Source of the DNA: Octopus vulgaris
Taxonomy: Eukaryota
Assembly (NCBI GenBank): GCA_951406725.2
Contig: OX597816.1
Span: 26,288,001 to 26,352,000 of the forward strand
Direction of reading: 5' to 3'
DNA length: 64,000 nucleotides
The notes beneath the pieces are model-generated. The model was given only the letters and a program-made list of their open reading frames with translations, had not been told where the DNA came from and did no database searches. Position 1 is the first letter of the stretch; every line of letters starts with the position of its first letter. Below are positions 43,067-57,179 of this stretch, one piece after another. Both the position numbers and the translations under genes were made by a program.

Positions 43067-43178
43067 GTATGTATATAAAACGGAGCTCCTTTATATATAA
43101 ATAAAAGTATATAAATGTAGATATATATATATATATATATAAAACGGAGCCCCTTTATATATAAATAGAACTTTATAA

Positions 43179-43251
<73 letters not shown>

Positions 43252-43725
43252 TATATACGTATGTGAGTGTGTATGTATGTACGTATTTATATGTCAGAAA
43301 AAAAGGAAGTATTTGCCTTACAAAAACATTATTCTTTAATCTAAATATTACTGCTTTTGTAGTAACTCTATAGGCAAGATGGAATTTCAGATGTGCAGCA
43401 GTTACTATTTGCAAAAGAAATTGATACAGATCACAATGCACTATAATCCTACACCGTACCATTTACAGTTGGTACATTATCATGTCAGTCTTTTTACCAC
43501 CGCAGCAACCACCACCATGGTAAAGGCACTACAATGGCAAGACAGGGGCGCCAGTGACAAATTTATATTTAACAGTACCTATTGTCTTATCACAAATACA
43601 TAGATACACAAGGAGTCAGTGAATGAGCCTCTTTTATTCCTGGGGGATAGATCTGCTGAAAATAGTAACCAAATCTCCCTCAAACGATACTTATAGAAAT
43701 ATGCATACCTATCTATATATTTATA

Positions 43726-44115
43726 CTAGCAGTATCGACCGGCGTTGCTCGGGTTTGTTTCGACCCTTTAGAATTGGAATTTTTGAAACGTAGAAATTTT
43801 GCATTAGGTAGCTTGTTATTCTCTTTAAGTGAACATTTTTCTGGTTGAAATACACTGAAAATTGGTGATATAGCAGTCAAAAAATCGTAACAAAAAAGAG
43901 ATTTTCATAGAAAAAAAAGCACCTTTTTGATGTAAATAATTTTTGGTGTTAACATGCTCCGATTTGAATTTTTTCTTCTACAGAAGGAAGAGCAAGCCTC
44001 TATCATACTCTCAATTTTGATCAACTTGCGCCGCAGGGTCTCGGAGGAGATAGTGTTAGTTGAAGGCTACCAAACCTGCCATATACAGACAACTTCAGCT
44101 TTATATATAGAGAGA
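43726..44115 (-). mobile_element. Non-autonomous Helitron
   Basis: Minus strand starts TC(tctatatataaagctg), ends with hairpin cccgagcaacgccgg then CTAG; inserted between A and T with no TSD. Confidence 0.8.
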
Positions 44116-44297
44116 TTTGTGTGTATGTTCATGTATATATTTATGGATATATGTATGCATGGATATATGTATGGATATATTTATGGATATATGTATGCAT
44201 GGATATATGTATGGATATATTTATGGATATATGTATGAATGGATATTTATGGATATATGTATGAATATATATACACACACACGGACACACACACATA

Positions 44298-44512
44298 TTG
44301 TAACCACATGTGGACTGTTGGCGATTTTTCCCTCCATCTTCCTGCACTCTCGGACTTTCCTCTGTCTCCTGTTTCTGAAGAGGAACTTTGCTCGAAACAT
44401 AAAACTCCCTTTCTTTCCTTGTTTGAGCGCCTTATCAATATTTTGCATGTACCACATCCTTGCGTTGTTGCTTTTTCTTGTTGTCCTTCTTTTCTCGTTT
44501 TTTTTTATTAAC
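44298..44512 (+). mobile_element. Penelope-like terminal-repeat fragment (family P1)
   Basis: Homologous to 16590 and 49170 copies. Confidence 0.65.
44371..44405 (+). ncRNA. Minimal hammerhead-like motif
   Basis: gttt CTGAAGA ggaactttgctc GAAA cata aaac (ancestral cgta, CpG decay). Confidence 0.6.
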
Positions 44513-44530
44513 CATATATATATATATATA

Positions 44531-44946
44531 CAGGTCGTCGTCGACTTACGACCGCAACTGGTTCCGACTGACTGGTCGTAAGTCGGCCCATAGCTTTGTT
44601 TTATATTTTGGCAGTCTTAAGGTACATTCTCAGATAGAAGTCACACACAACATTCTGTATTATACTATTATACTGGCGTTAGTCAAAACTTTCGGAATCT
44701 CAAGCAGTCGTCTTATAAACAAACACGAGGTTGCCTCGATGTCTCCGTGACAGGATAGTCATCCAACACAGTGGTGATTGATAACCAGACCTAGGGGAAG
44801 CGTTTGTTAGCTGACATCATCCGTACACCAGTTACTTTCTAAGAAATTAAACCCATTAGATTTCAACTGGACTATTAATTATTGCGGCCAGGAGCTGGCG
44901 CGCCAATCGTCGTAAAGTCGATCGGTCGTAAGTCGACAATGACCTG
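44531..44946. mobile_element. Tc1/mariner-pogo type MITE
   Basis: 24 bp TIRs caggtcgtcgtcgacttacgaccg / cggtcgtaagtcgacaatgacctg (2 mismatches), TA on both sides. Confidence 0.85.
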
Positions 44947-45029
44947 TATATATACATATATATGTGTGTGTGTGTGTGTATAAATATATATATATATGAG
45001 GTATTGGAATTTTACATTTATACCATTTT

Positions 45030-45255
45030 ACCTAAAAATTGGATCTACAAATTCAATACCCATACATATCTTGCATCTATTTTCTTTCCTCCACCTCACT
45101 CTCTATTTTGTATCACATCTAAACTAACTATGACTTAACTATCCTCTCACACCGTCTCCGATGAAGGGATATAGTAAATATCCTGGAAAAAGCTGTAACA
45201 CCTTCTGTCTATAAATGTACTAAAATCTACTCAGCCTTGGTTTTTTATCTCATTA
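45030..45255 (+). mobile_element. Penelope-like terminal-repeat fragment (family P2) with decayed hammerhead at 45154-45201
   Basis: Homologous to 53500-53728; gtct CCGATGA agggatat agtaa atatcct gGAAA aagctgta acac. Confidence 0.65.
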
Positions 45256-45730
45256 CGAAAAAAAATTTCTATATAGTAGAAGATAGTTGCTCAAAATACT
45301 ACGCAGAGGAACTGAACGTAGAACCAGGTGGTTCGTAAACCAACGTCTTACCACACAGCCACGCCTGGGCCTAACATAACAGTATTGTTTAAATATGAAT
45401 ATCATTATGCCATGTTATTATGATTCGGCGAATAGAGAAACTGATATAGTGGTTCGGCGAGTAGAAAAACTCTGTGAAATAAGTGCATGGGTGGATATAA
45501 TCGACAAAGCTTCAAAGTCGTGTTCCACCATGTCCACGGGCAAATAGGGAAATAACTGAATAACATAAGAATCTAATTACTTACATTTGTGATTGTGTGC
45601 ATATATATGTACATATATATATATATATGCACACGGCGCTTATTTACACACATGTACGAACACGTACACCAGACACTTACATGTATGTATATACATGCAT
45701 ACATACATACATGCATAATACATACATATA

Positions 45731-46348
45731 CAGTGTGGCCCAAAAGTAGGTTTACAATTATTCAACTATTTCTTATTTCTTTATTGCCCACAAGGGGCTT
45801 AACATAGAGGGGACAAACAAGGACAGACAAAGGGATTAAGTCGATTACATCGACCCCAGTGCGTAACTGGTACTTAATTTATTGATCCAGAAAAGATGAA
45901 AGGCAAAGTCGACCTCGGCGGAATTTGAACTCAGAACGTAAAGGCAGACAAAATACCTATTTCTTATTTCTTTACAACCAACAAGGGGCTAAACACAGAG
46001 AGGACAAACAAGGACAGACAAACGGATTAAGTCGAAATATATCGACCCCAGTGCGCAACTGGTACTTATTTAATCGACCCCGAATGAAATAAAGGCAAAG
46101 TCGACCTCGTCGGAATTCGAACTCAGAACGTAAACGCAGACGAAATACAACTAAGCATTTCTACTAGCTCACCGTCTTTATTCAACTATTTATTTCGCAT
46201 TCATATATTATCATCTTAAATCTTAATCAAGATCTTAATTATAAAAAAAAATATGAGCCCACTATGCTAATTTAGTTAATTGTAAGATATTTTTAAAGAA
46301 ATTTAAAGTGCCTACGTGATAACAGTAAACCTACTTTGGGCCACTTTG
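45731..46348. mobile_element. Tc1/mariner-type MITE containing a nested SINE B dimer
   Basis: TIRs cagtgtggcccaaaagtaggtttac / gtaaacctactttgggccactttg with TA flanks. Confidence 0.8.
45772..46177 (-). mobile_element. Dimeric SINE family B with TSD
   Basis: TSD ttattcaactattt at 45758-45771 and 46178-46191. Confidence 0.88.
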
Positions 46349-46477
46349 TATATATATAACGTTTTATTTTTTCAATTCTTTCACTGGATATAATGAATGG
46401 TCACCGCCACATGCGTATTTTAGCCTGAGTACCTCTTTCGTTCTTCTTCTCAATTTTTCTGCTTAGTTTCCATTTAC

Positions 46478-46519
46478 TTGTATTCTGAAGAAAGGCTAAT
46501 ATTCGAAACGTCATAACAA
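46478..46519 (+). ncRNA. Minimal hammerhead-like motif
   Basis: ttgtatt CTGAAGA aaggctaatattc GAAA cGTC ataacaa; stem II degraded. Confidence 0.5.
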
Positions 46520-47177
46520 TAAATTAATTCCATTTCTCAATATATCAAACAAATAATTTTTATCGTAAAACATATCTTGTCTTGTTGATTTATCATTTAT
46601 ATATATATACACCTATATTTCTATATAAATGTAAGTATATATACGTGTGTGTATACATGTATACACACACGTATGAATATATATATATATACACATATAT
46701 ATACATATATATATATATATATGTATATATATGTGTGTATGTGTGTGTATCCACGTATGTATATTTGTGTATATATATATCTATATATGTATATATGTAC
46801 GTCTATGTGTGTATATGTATATATGCGTGTATGTGCGTATTCATATGTGTGTGCGTGAATGTATGCGTGAATGCACAGTGTGTGTGTTTGTGTGTAATTT
46901 CGGCATGTGAGATGTAATTACTAACACATGTTTCCTTTAATCTGTATGCAAAAGAGAAAAAAGTAACAGAAAATGTTTTTTTTTTCTCTTTTCACTTAGT
47001 GTTGTTGTTTTGTTTTTCATAAATCTCCTATTGAAAAGATTTAAGAAAATTACGTTGGGGGATGCCAAAGCATTTAGCTATTAACATTAATCACTAGTTT
47101 ATACAGCATCTACAAGCTGTGTTGTTTTAAAACTTCGGATGATTACATGGCCTACATTACTTAAATAGTTCCACACG

Positions 47178-47663
47178 CAAGCATGGCTGTATGGTTAAAA
47201 CGCTCGTTTTTCAACCATATTCAGTCCCATTGGGCGGCACCTTGGGAAAGTGTCCTGTACTGAAACTCCGGCCCTGTACTAAAACTCCGGCCCGGACGAC
47301 CAATGCCTTGAATACTTTGTGAGTGAATTTGATAGAAGAAAACTGCATGGAAGCCCGTCTTATATACCTATATATGTATTTATATAAATATATATATGTA
47401 TATATATATATATAAACTCGATCTCTATGAAAGATTCCAGACGAGCCTACTTCACAGATGAGGGCTGCAGCATCAAACTCCCTGAATGACCAAATGCCGT
47501 ATATAAGAGGTTTTAAATAATGGTGTAGCACAGTCAACGGTGGTGCCCACGCATGACCGCAGCTTTAAAGCTGAAACATTTTAAAGAAATTTGAAGAAAT
47601 TTTTTAAATATTATATATAGAGAGAGAGGGGGAATAGATAGTGAAAAATAAATATATATATAC

Positions 47664-47715
<52 letters not shown>

Positions 47716-48015
47716 TATATTATATTAAATTAGAGACAAAACCACTATTAGGCAAATCATACAATGAAAAAATTAAGCCGATACATTATTAAAAAAATAT
47801 AATTAATATATCACTACGATCGTTTACCCCCATCAACTCTTGACAACTGGTGTTCGCTTGTTTATCTGCCCGTAACTTAGCTGTTTGGAAAAAGAACCCG
47901 ATAGAATAAGCAGCATTAAAATTAAGCACTAAGATCGATCTGATCGACCAGGCCCTTTAAGGGGATGCACCAAACATTAATCACAGTAGAATGACTGGAA
48001 CTTAGTAGTACAAAG
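47178..48015 (+). mobile_element. SINE family A split by nested insertions
   Basis: 5' half 47178-47360, 3' half ~47835-48015; LINE tail and other DNA between them. Confidence 0.7.
47413..47600 (+). mobile_element. Diverged 3' end of the LINE family at 1-4456
   Basis: aaactcgatctct..ccagacgagcctac..gcagcatcaaactccct..cggtggtgccc..gcatgaccgc..aaacattttaaaga. Confidence 0.85.
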
Positions 48016-48376
48016 TTTAAGACTTTTTGTTTTTTTTTTTGCTGTGTTTACGAAGTTGAGCGCATCGAGTCTTAGCAGACTAAAACGAACCTGAAGTCGC
48101 TAAAGAGTCACATTTGCGGTGAAATTTTCCATTAAATAATTGTTGTTTGTAATTTGTGGCATTTTATGTTGAAAAGAAATTGTGCATTAGGTATGAGTCA
48201 GATGGGATTAGCTAGAAAAATATGGTTATATGAGGATCGATGACGAGAAATATCAGTTTTCTTGCTCTTGTATGCATGAGAAAATGTATGCAAATGTATA
48301 TGTTTATGAATGTATATATATTTGTGTATGTATGCATGTGTGTGTGTGAGAGAGAGTGCCTGTGTGTGCGTATATG

Positions 48377-48410
<34 letters not shown>

Positions 48411-48575
48411 TGTATGTATGTATATATGTACATATAGCTTGAGACCCAGACAGAAGCTGTGGGATAAAGTGTGCTGGTGTTCATGATAGTGGTGGTTGTT
48501 GTACTAATGATGTTGATACATAAAATCATATGCATATATATATATATATATATACACACACATATATATTTATAT

Positions 48576-48618
<43 letters not shown>

Positions 48619-48691
48619 TATTTATATACGTATATGTATATATAAATAAATACATATATATATATATATTATTTGATATTATATCATATTA

Positions 48692-48795
48692 TATTAAAGG
48701 ACAAATCAAAACCAGGGCAGAACAAGTATCTCAAGTCAGTTTAGAATAATTAAGATACTCGTACTGTCTTTGTTTTGATTTTGTTACCCTTAATA
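48692..48795. repeat. Imperfect inverted repeat (~40 bp arms)
   Basis: tattaaaggacaaatcaaaaccagggcagaacaagtatct versus agatactcgtactgtctttgttttgattttgttacccttaata. Confidence 0.7.
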
Positions 48796-48942
48796 GTATT
48801 ATATATATCAACACCCAAGCATTATCCTTTAGTCTTGCTTCAAATAGACATGACTTCAAGAACAATAACACATTACAAAAATGAGTAAAAACACCATACC
48901 TATGTAATTCTAACGTCCTTTCAGCTTTTTTCTAATTTTCGA

Positions 48943-49016
48943 CTACTGACGAGTACTTTTGACCACTCAGATTCTGAAATAAATTTATTGTCTTTCTGCT
49001 TGAAACGATTGTATAG
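48943..49016 (+). ncRNA. Hammerhead-like motif with long stem II region
   Basis: cta CTGACGA g...t GAAA cgattGTA tag. Confidence 0.4.
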
Positions 49017-49169
49017 CTATATGAATAAAAGAAATTGTCGTCCATATTAACATCTAATCTCCTCCATTTACGGAAAATCTGATTGAATTGATTGAAGTTT
49101 GCCTAATAGGTTAAATCATATACATAATATATACACATGCACACACGCACAATTACGAGAATATATATC

Positions 49170-49450
49170 CATCAGTCCAGAATGAGATTGGAGAAAAAGA
49201 CAGTAAGAAAATACAACAACATGGCGACATAGCACATGCCAAATATTCATAAATTCCTCAGAGAAAGGAAAGAGTGGTTGTTTTACGTTTCGAGCATAGC
49301 TCTTCTTCGGAAATAGGAAGCATACGAAAGTTCAAAAGAAAAGGAAGGAAGAGGAAAAAATCCCCAACAGTCCAAGTCTAGTTAAATTTTTGGAATGACC
49401 GGAAGTAGAAGAACAAAGAGAAAGTACTTTCTGGGACAGGGGATTGTGAA
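49170..49450 (-). mobile_element. Penelope-like terminal-repeat fragment (family P1) with hammerhead at 49280-49314
   Basis: Minus strand attt CCGAAGA a gagc tat gctc GAAA cGTA aaac. Confidence 0.68.
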
Positions 49451-49635
49451 GAATGGTTGGTATCTGTGTGTACGTGTGTGTAGTGGCATGTGTGTGTATG
49501 ATAGAATGTATGTGTGTTTAGTAGCGTGCGCGTGTGTGTGAGAAGCTACTGAGTGTGTGCGTGCGTGGTAGCGCGTGTGTGTGTGGTGGTAACTGTGTAT
49601 AGGGAATATATATATATATATATTCTTTCTTTCGT

Positions 49636-50157
<522 letters not shown>

Positions 50158-50747
50158 CATGTGTATGGAAAGATGATGACACCTGCGCAGTCATAGCTGG
50201 GTGCAGTGATGGATGCATATATGAATATGCAGACACTTGCACGGTTCATATTTCTTTATTCAATAACTTCCAGTTCTAATCTTCACTGATCACATTTCAC
50301 CTACATTAAGTGCACCGCTATTCAACATATATTATTTCCCTTTTGTTTAAGGAAAGAGAAAGAATTCTAACTTCGCTACCACTAGCACCACCTCCGCTGC
50401 CATCACCACTGGAATAACAACCACCACCACTATCACCATTACTTCTACCATGTTACTACTATTACCACCACAACCTCCACCACCACCACTTTTTGTCTTT
50501 GTCTTTTTATCTCTCTCTACTTTGGTCTGGTACTCAAGTTACATATAAGTATATGGTATATATACATGTACATACATAACTGTTTATCTATTTATTTATA
50601 TATCTATGCACGTGTGTATATATGTGTGTGTATGTGTATTATGTATGTATGTATGTATGTATGTATGTATGTATACAGTAAGAAAGAGAGGGAGGGCGAT
50701 CCTTCACTAGAAGGTGGTAGGGGTTCGCTCCCCTGCTCACAATTTAT

Positions 50748-50791
<44 letters not shown>

Positions 50792-50905
50792 AAATACACA
50801 TATACATACCTACACACGCACACCCATTCACACATGCACACCTGGAATTTATATTACAAGAATCGTCCTAATGCATTTGGAATGTGGTATATACATACAT
50901 ATATG

Positions 50906-50953
<48 letters not shown>

Positions 50954-51069
50954 TGTCCTACATTTGTATGTAATGTGGGCTTCTCTTTCTTTCTTTCTTT
51001 CTTTCTCACCCTCTCTCTTCCTCTTTCGCTTTCTCTCACTCTCTCTCTTTCTCTTTATATACATGCATT

Positions 51070-51113
<44 letters not shown>

Positions 51114-51244
51114 ATACCAAAACAGCAGAGAAAATATTACGCATTTTTTTATTGTTTGTTTTAACATTTCGTACCATTGTTGTATTTATTCATTTATTTC
51201 TTTGTTGTACTTCCTTCATCGCTCTCCATCACGTTACAGAACGA

Positions 51245-51365
51245 CCACCACCACCACCACCACACCCACACCCCTACCACCACCACCACACCCACACCCC
51301 TACCACCACCACCACACCCACACCCCTACCACCACCACCACACCCACACCCCTACCACCACCAAT
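51245..51365. repeat. ~27 bp C/A-rich minisatellite, about 4 copies
   Basis: ccaccaccacacccacacccctacca units. Confidence 0.85.
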
Positions 51366-51857
51366 ACCTCCACCACCGATCCATCTCCACCGCCACCTTC
51401 ATCATCAGTTTAAATTCAGCCCAACCATAATTAGGTCACATAAGTAACTGGCCTGTTCTGCTTGCTAACTATGTGATTCATCAAACGAAGACAAAGATCT
51501 TTATTTTCAGATGGATTAAGAGCTTTGTCCGTTATGTCGGTGTGCTTGAGTGTACTCTTGGTCTAAAGGCACTCAGAACTTACTCCTTGAAATAACTACT
51601 AAACACACTTGTTTGTTCGGTGTTTGTCAGCGGAACTATTGCCACTGGCAACGGATTATTGCACACATCATTCTCTACCCCCATCTCTCTCCCCCTCTCC
51701 CCCTCTCTCTCTATCTATCTATAACTATCTGTCTCTAACAATCTGTATATCTGTCTTCCCTTATTTTATCCTGGTCCTTTTTTTTTTATTTTTTACTTTC
51801 CAGGGGTTAAAATTTTTTTGGTTGGCTTTTCTCGCGTATTTTATTGCACGTAGATAT

Positions 51858-52090
51858 ACCTATTTCTATTCCTTTACTACCCACAAGGGGCTAAACACAG
51901 AGGATAAACAAGGACAAATCGGATTAAGTCGATTATATCGACCCCAGTGCGTAACTAGGACTTATTTAATCGACCCCGAATGGTTGAAAGGCAAAGTCGA
52001 CCTCGGCGGAATTTGAACTCAGAACGTAACGGCAGACGAAATACTGCTACGCATTTCTCCCGGCGTGCTAACGCTTCTGCCAACTCACCG
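51858..52090 (-). mobile_element. SINE family B; a second partial copy in opposite orientation at ~52096-52200
   Basis: Meta-like core and tail; head-to-head partner gagctagcagaaccgttagcacgccg...tgagttcaag. Confidence 0.85.
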
Positions 52091-53076
52091 CTGACAGAAT
52101 CGCGAGCTAGCAGAACCGTTAGCACGCCGAGCAACGTGCTTAGCAAAAATTATTCCGGCTTTACGTTCTGAGTTCAAGTGTCACCGATGTTGACTTTTCC
52201 CTCAATAAGTGTCTTTCATATTTTTACCGTTCCAATCCCAGCTTGTCCAAATTGACACTTAGACATATATTGACATAACCAAGTGCACAAATGATTATTT
52301 GTATGATTGGGAATTTATATACGCATAAATGTATGTAGTATGTATGTATAAAATTTTTAAAAGGCCGAATGGAAATATGTTGCTTTCACAAACACACTGA
52401 TCCCCTTATGTACAGGTGAGTGTATGCAAGAAAAAATATGGGTGGTTAGGGAACAGGAAGTCCTTTCTCAATGTTTGCAATAGAATTATTTCTTCTAAAG
52501 TTATCCAAGGAACAGACAGCAGCTTTTAAACAGAACGGAATCTCGGACCGACCAAATAAATCACTCTTATCGCCTAACATAAGTTAACTACCCAAAAATG
52601 CCAGTTATTCATTTACAACTGAGTGACCAGGCGCAACGTCAAATGAAGCGTTTTCCCCCGGTACGGGAATCGAAACCAAAATCTTGTGATCGACAGTGCA
52701 ACGCCATAACCACTAGGCCACGCGTCTTCAGCTGTCGATCATTAGAGTACGATAAATATATTATCAGTCTAAAACCGGATCGATGTCCCTCTACCATTTC
52801 CTTAAACCGCTAAATTTCTAGCCTAGGGCCTATTTTAGAAATTAGTATTCTTTATATACATCTAACTATGCATAGTTAGATGTATACAAGCGTATATAGC
52901 TTGAGGCATACATATTACTCATACGCGTATGTTTTAACCTAAATAGCACACATACGCGCGCGTACGCACACAAAACATGCACTCACACACATACATGTAT
53001 ACGTTTATACTAGTTTCATCTGAGTGTACACACACACATATACACACACACATATAAACAAATATATATATATATA

Positions 53077-53300
53077 TATTTCTTTACTACCCACAAGGGG
53101 CTAAACATAGAGGGGACAAACAAGGACAGACAAAGGGATTAAGTCGATTACATCGACCTCAGTGCGTAACTGGTACTTAATTTATCGACCCCGAAAGGAT
53201 GAAAGGCAAAGTCGACCTCGGCGGAATTTGAACCCAGAACACTTAACGGCAGACGAAATACGGCTACGCATTTCGTCCGGCGTGCTAACGTTTCTGCCAG
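53077..53300 (-). mobile_element. SINE family B
   Basis: Near-full monomer. Confidence 0.9.
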
Positions 53301-53622
53301 TTTTTATTTGTTTCAGTCATTTGATTGTGGTCATGCTAGAGCACCTATATATATTTATATATATAGTTATACACACATATTTATATATGTATGTATGTAT
53401 ATTTACATATATATGTGTGTGTGTGTGTATGTATGTGTGTATGTATGTATGCGTGTATACATACAAGGTACAAAAAACTTATATATCTACACTATTCTAC
53501 TTAAATAATGGAACTGCAGATACAATATCCTTACGTATCTCACATCTGTTTTCATTCCTCCACTTCACCCTGTATTTCATATCTTTTCTATAATAACTAT
53601 TACATAAACATTTTCTCGCACC

Positions 53623-53671
53623 GTCTCTGATGAAGGAATATATAAAAAAATCCCGGAAACAGCTGTAAGAC
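53623..53671 (+). ncRNA. Minimal type I hammerhead ribozyme, best-preserved copy (Penelope-like family P2, 53500-53728)
   Basis: Stem I gtct/agac, CTGATGA, stem II ggaat/atccc, GAAA, palindromic ACAGCTGT, GUA cleavage triplet. Confidence 0.72.
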
Positions 53672-53732
53672 CCTCTGTTTATAAATGCTCTGAAAACTAT
53701 TCACAGCCTTGAATTTTTTATCTCATTCTGTT

Positions 53733-53843
<111 letters not shown>

Positions 53844-54246
53844 CACACAAAGCGAAAAGTATATTCGCATATATATATATGTAAACTATAAATGCAACTT
53901 TTGCCCGCTGTTGATTTTTAAGACCCGGTGTTTATCATCAGATAACAGATGCTGTATAAATCTCCTTTTCCTAACTATTACTCGATATGATGCCTATCTG
54001 ATTTTCTCAGATGGGGTGATACATTCGCTTGACAGATATATATAAACTAAGGCAGGCATAGAATAAAGTCAATAGTGTTCTAAGCAGATAAGTACAGCGT
54101 AACACTTTCCTGTAAATTCCACGCATGACCCATTTATTAATTAGCATGTAATTATTAATTAGGAATGTACTAATCTTCGGATTTTAATATCTTAAAAGTT
54201 CATTACAATGTATAGCTCGCGTCCTAAATGTAAATATATATCTATG

Positions 54247-54380
54247 AGCGGCTGTGAGGTAAGTAGCTTGCTTACCAACCACATGCTTTGGGTTTCAGTC
54301 ACACTGCGTAGCATCTTGGGCAAGGGTCTTCTAAATATAGCCTCGGGCCGACCAAAGCCTTGTGAGTGAATATATATATA

Positions 54381-54450
<70 letters not shown>

Positions 54451-54668
54451 CATATATGTGTGTGTGTGTGTGTTGTATGTATCTATGTTTGTCTGTTTCT
54501 CCCCTCCCCAACATCGCTAGACAACAACATAGTGGTTCGGTAAAATAGTCCGATAGGATAAGAACTAGGCTTATGACGAATAAGTCCTAGGGTCGATTTG
54601 CTCGACAAAAGGTGATGCTCCAGAATGGCTGCAGTCAAATGACTGAAATAAGTAAAAGAATAAAAGAA
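54247..54668 (+). mobile_element. SINE family A
   Basis: Head, internal microsatellite, gcagtcaaatgactgaaa..aagtaaaagaataaaag tail. Confidence 0.85.
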
Positions 54669-54832
54669 TGCTTTAATTTTACAGTGGACTGAAAAAGTGG
54701 GATTAACTTGACCATGAGAACGACAACGCACATAAACATATATATACATACATACATACATACATATGTACATACATACATACATACATACATACATACA
54801 TACATACATACATACATACATACATACATACA

Positions 54833-54863
<31 letters not shown>

Positions 54864-55320
54864 TTGTGTCCCTGTGTGTGTGCGCGTATGTATGTATGTA
54901 TGTATGTATGTGCGTATCGCATATATGTTTATAAAAAAATGTTCGATAGTGACTTCGAAGTTTCGGCATCCGTCTTCTGGTAAATGGAACGATTGAAATC
55001 GCTGTCAACATTTTCTTTGCAAAAATAAATAAAAACGTTCTCGACTAAAAAGTATAAAGAAAATGAGATGAGAAAGGGAAAAACGGCTATATTATGAACT
55101 TCATTGGCTTACAGTGGTTTCTGCTACAAACTACAGTGGACTCATTGTTGAGTGCATGAATAACACTTAATAGCTTCATTAGAGCCTTAGATATAAAGTG
55201 CAGTTCATTTGAGGAAAGGAATTACATTTGCGGATATCTATAGAGACAGGCATTACGAGTGAGAAAGTCAATACAAGTGTGTGTGTGTGTGTGTGTGTTT
55301 GTATGTGTGTGAGTGTGTAT

Positions 55321-55415
<95 letters not shown>

Positions 55416-55761
55416 TTTGTGAAATATATTCTGAAAACTTCGTTCAGAATTTGTCATACAGACATTGTCGCTGCTCTGGAAACGTGTTCAGACGTGTTAA
55501 ATGATGCTATATCATACAAGTATTTCCCTGTGTATCACTTTCTTTTTCGGAGCGTTTGTTTACCGTCTCTTAAAGCAAGAATAATTTAAATAATTTTATC
55601 TTCTAACGTATTTCATATACAACTGTAACACCGTTTATCACCTAATAACTTACTGAATCAAGTATTATTCTAATGAAAAAAAGAGAAAGTTATTATTGAT
55701 AAAACATTAGTGACAGGAGACCCACTGTAACAATTTAAAGCAGGTTTAAGATATATTTTCT

Positions 55762-55992
55762 AGGTGGCAAGCTGGCAGAAACGTTAGCACGCCGGGCGAA
55801 ATGCTTACCAGTATTTCGTCTACCGTTACGTTCTGAGTTCAAATTCCGCCGAGGTCGACTTTGCCTTTCATCCTTTTCTGGTCGATTAAATAAGTACCAG
55901 TTACGCACTGGGGTCGATATGATCGACTTAATCCGTGTGTTTGTCTTTGTTTGTCTTCTCTGTGTTTAACCCCTTGTGGGTAGTAAAGAAAT
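55762..55992 (+). mobile_element. SINE family B monomer with 19 bp TSD
   Basis: TSD aggtttaagatatattttc at 55742-55760 and 55993-56011. Confidence 0.92.
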
Positions 55993-56089
55993 AGGTTTAA
56001 GATATATTTTCATAATTACTAAGTGAGAAGATTTAGTCAATCGATGGTTGCTGGTCCGATTTCTTTACTGAAGAAATTCAATGAAAAAC

Positions 56090-56214
56090 AATCACAAAAA
56101 TAAAAAAATCAAAGATTATCGAATAAATCAAATATTGATTGCATAATAGGAAATAATCACAAAAATCATCAAATATTATCGAATAAATTAAATATTGATC
56201 GCATAATAGGAAAT
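56090..56214. repeat. ~60 bp tandem duplication
   Basis: aatcacaaaaa...attatcgaataaat.aaatattgat.gcataataggaaat twice. Confidence 0.8.
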
Positions 56215-57179
56215 GTGTTAAGAGTATGATTATCACTGTTCTTGCTACTTTGGTGTTTAAACATCCAAGTTATTAACCCTGTTCAGGTAAATACACTAAA
56301 AGCATTCTGACTATAAACATCCTATCCGCAATTCAGATATAATATTTATTTCATACTGTATTAAACTACGTACTCATAAATGCTTAAGACAGAGTAGTTT
56401 GATTTGTTGGACATTTTGCTAATATTTCTGGAAGAACCTTTCCGTAATCAAGGACTACTATTTAAATGCCTTTTCCCATGCATCCTAAGTACTTTCTTTC
56501 AGGAACTCAAGCAGTCCAAGAGACTCAGGTTAAGAAGCGCTCACGTAAAGACTACATTGCTGGCTCGTTTTTCTTTGCCTGAAGAAGTTGACAGCTCTTC
56601 ATTATAAACTCGTAAACTGTGTTTTAATATACTCACTTTTAGGAAAACTGAACAAAAAAGAAAGGAAAAATCTAATTTTTTTTTCTTTTTGTTAGAAACG
56701 TGGTGATAATAGAGTGAAAGGAATTGTCTGATAAAGAATTAACAACTTTACTGCAAGTTTTTCTCTATAGAATTAATACATTGATGTACATTTTGCTGCC
56801 AAATGAATCTTTCCTTCATAACTGTGCTGTTGCTAATTATTCTTTCAAATTTAGGCTCAAACCCAGCAAATGTGTAGAGAGCGGAAAATTGATTATATCG
56901 ATCTCAATGCTCCACTGGTACTTATTTTATCGAGTTCGAAAGGATGTTTCGAGTACAGCCGGAAACCTCTATAATTAGAACGTTGGACAGAATGCCCCAC
57001 GGTTTTTATTCTGAGTCTCTGTGTTCTGAGTTAAAGTACTGCCGAGGTCAACTTTACTTCTCATCATTTCAAAATCAATAAAAAAGGACGAACTCAAAGA
57101 AGGCGGTGGACTAGAGGACCAGTTAGAAGGTGGTGTGGTCCAAACTGGTGGTTTTTCTTTGGTTAGAAATCGGTGACAA

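Noticed and set aside
51245-51365. CRISPR-like or His/Pro-rich coding repeat
   Set aside because: Direct tandem minisatellite without spacers, in eukaryotic repeat context
55845-55905. HDV-like ribozyme in the SINE B core
   Set aside because: Could not build the nested double pseudoknot by eye; better explained as a Meta-type SINE domain
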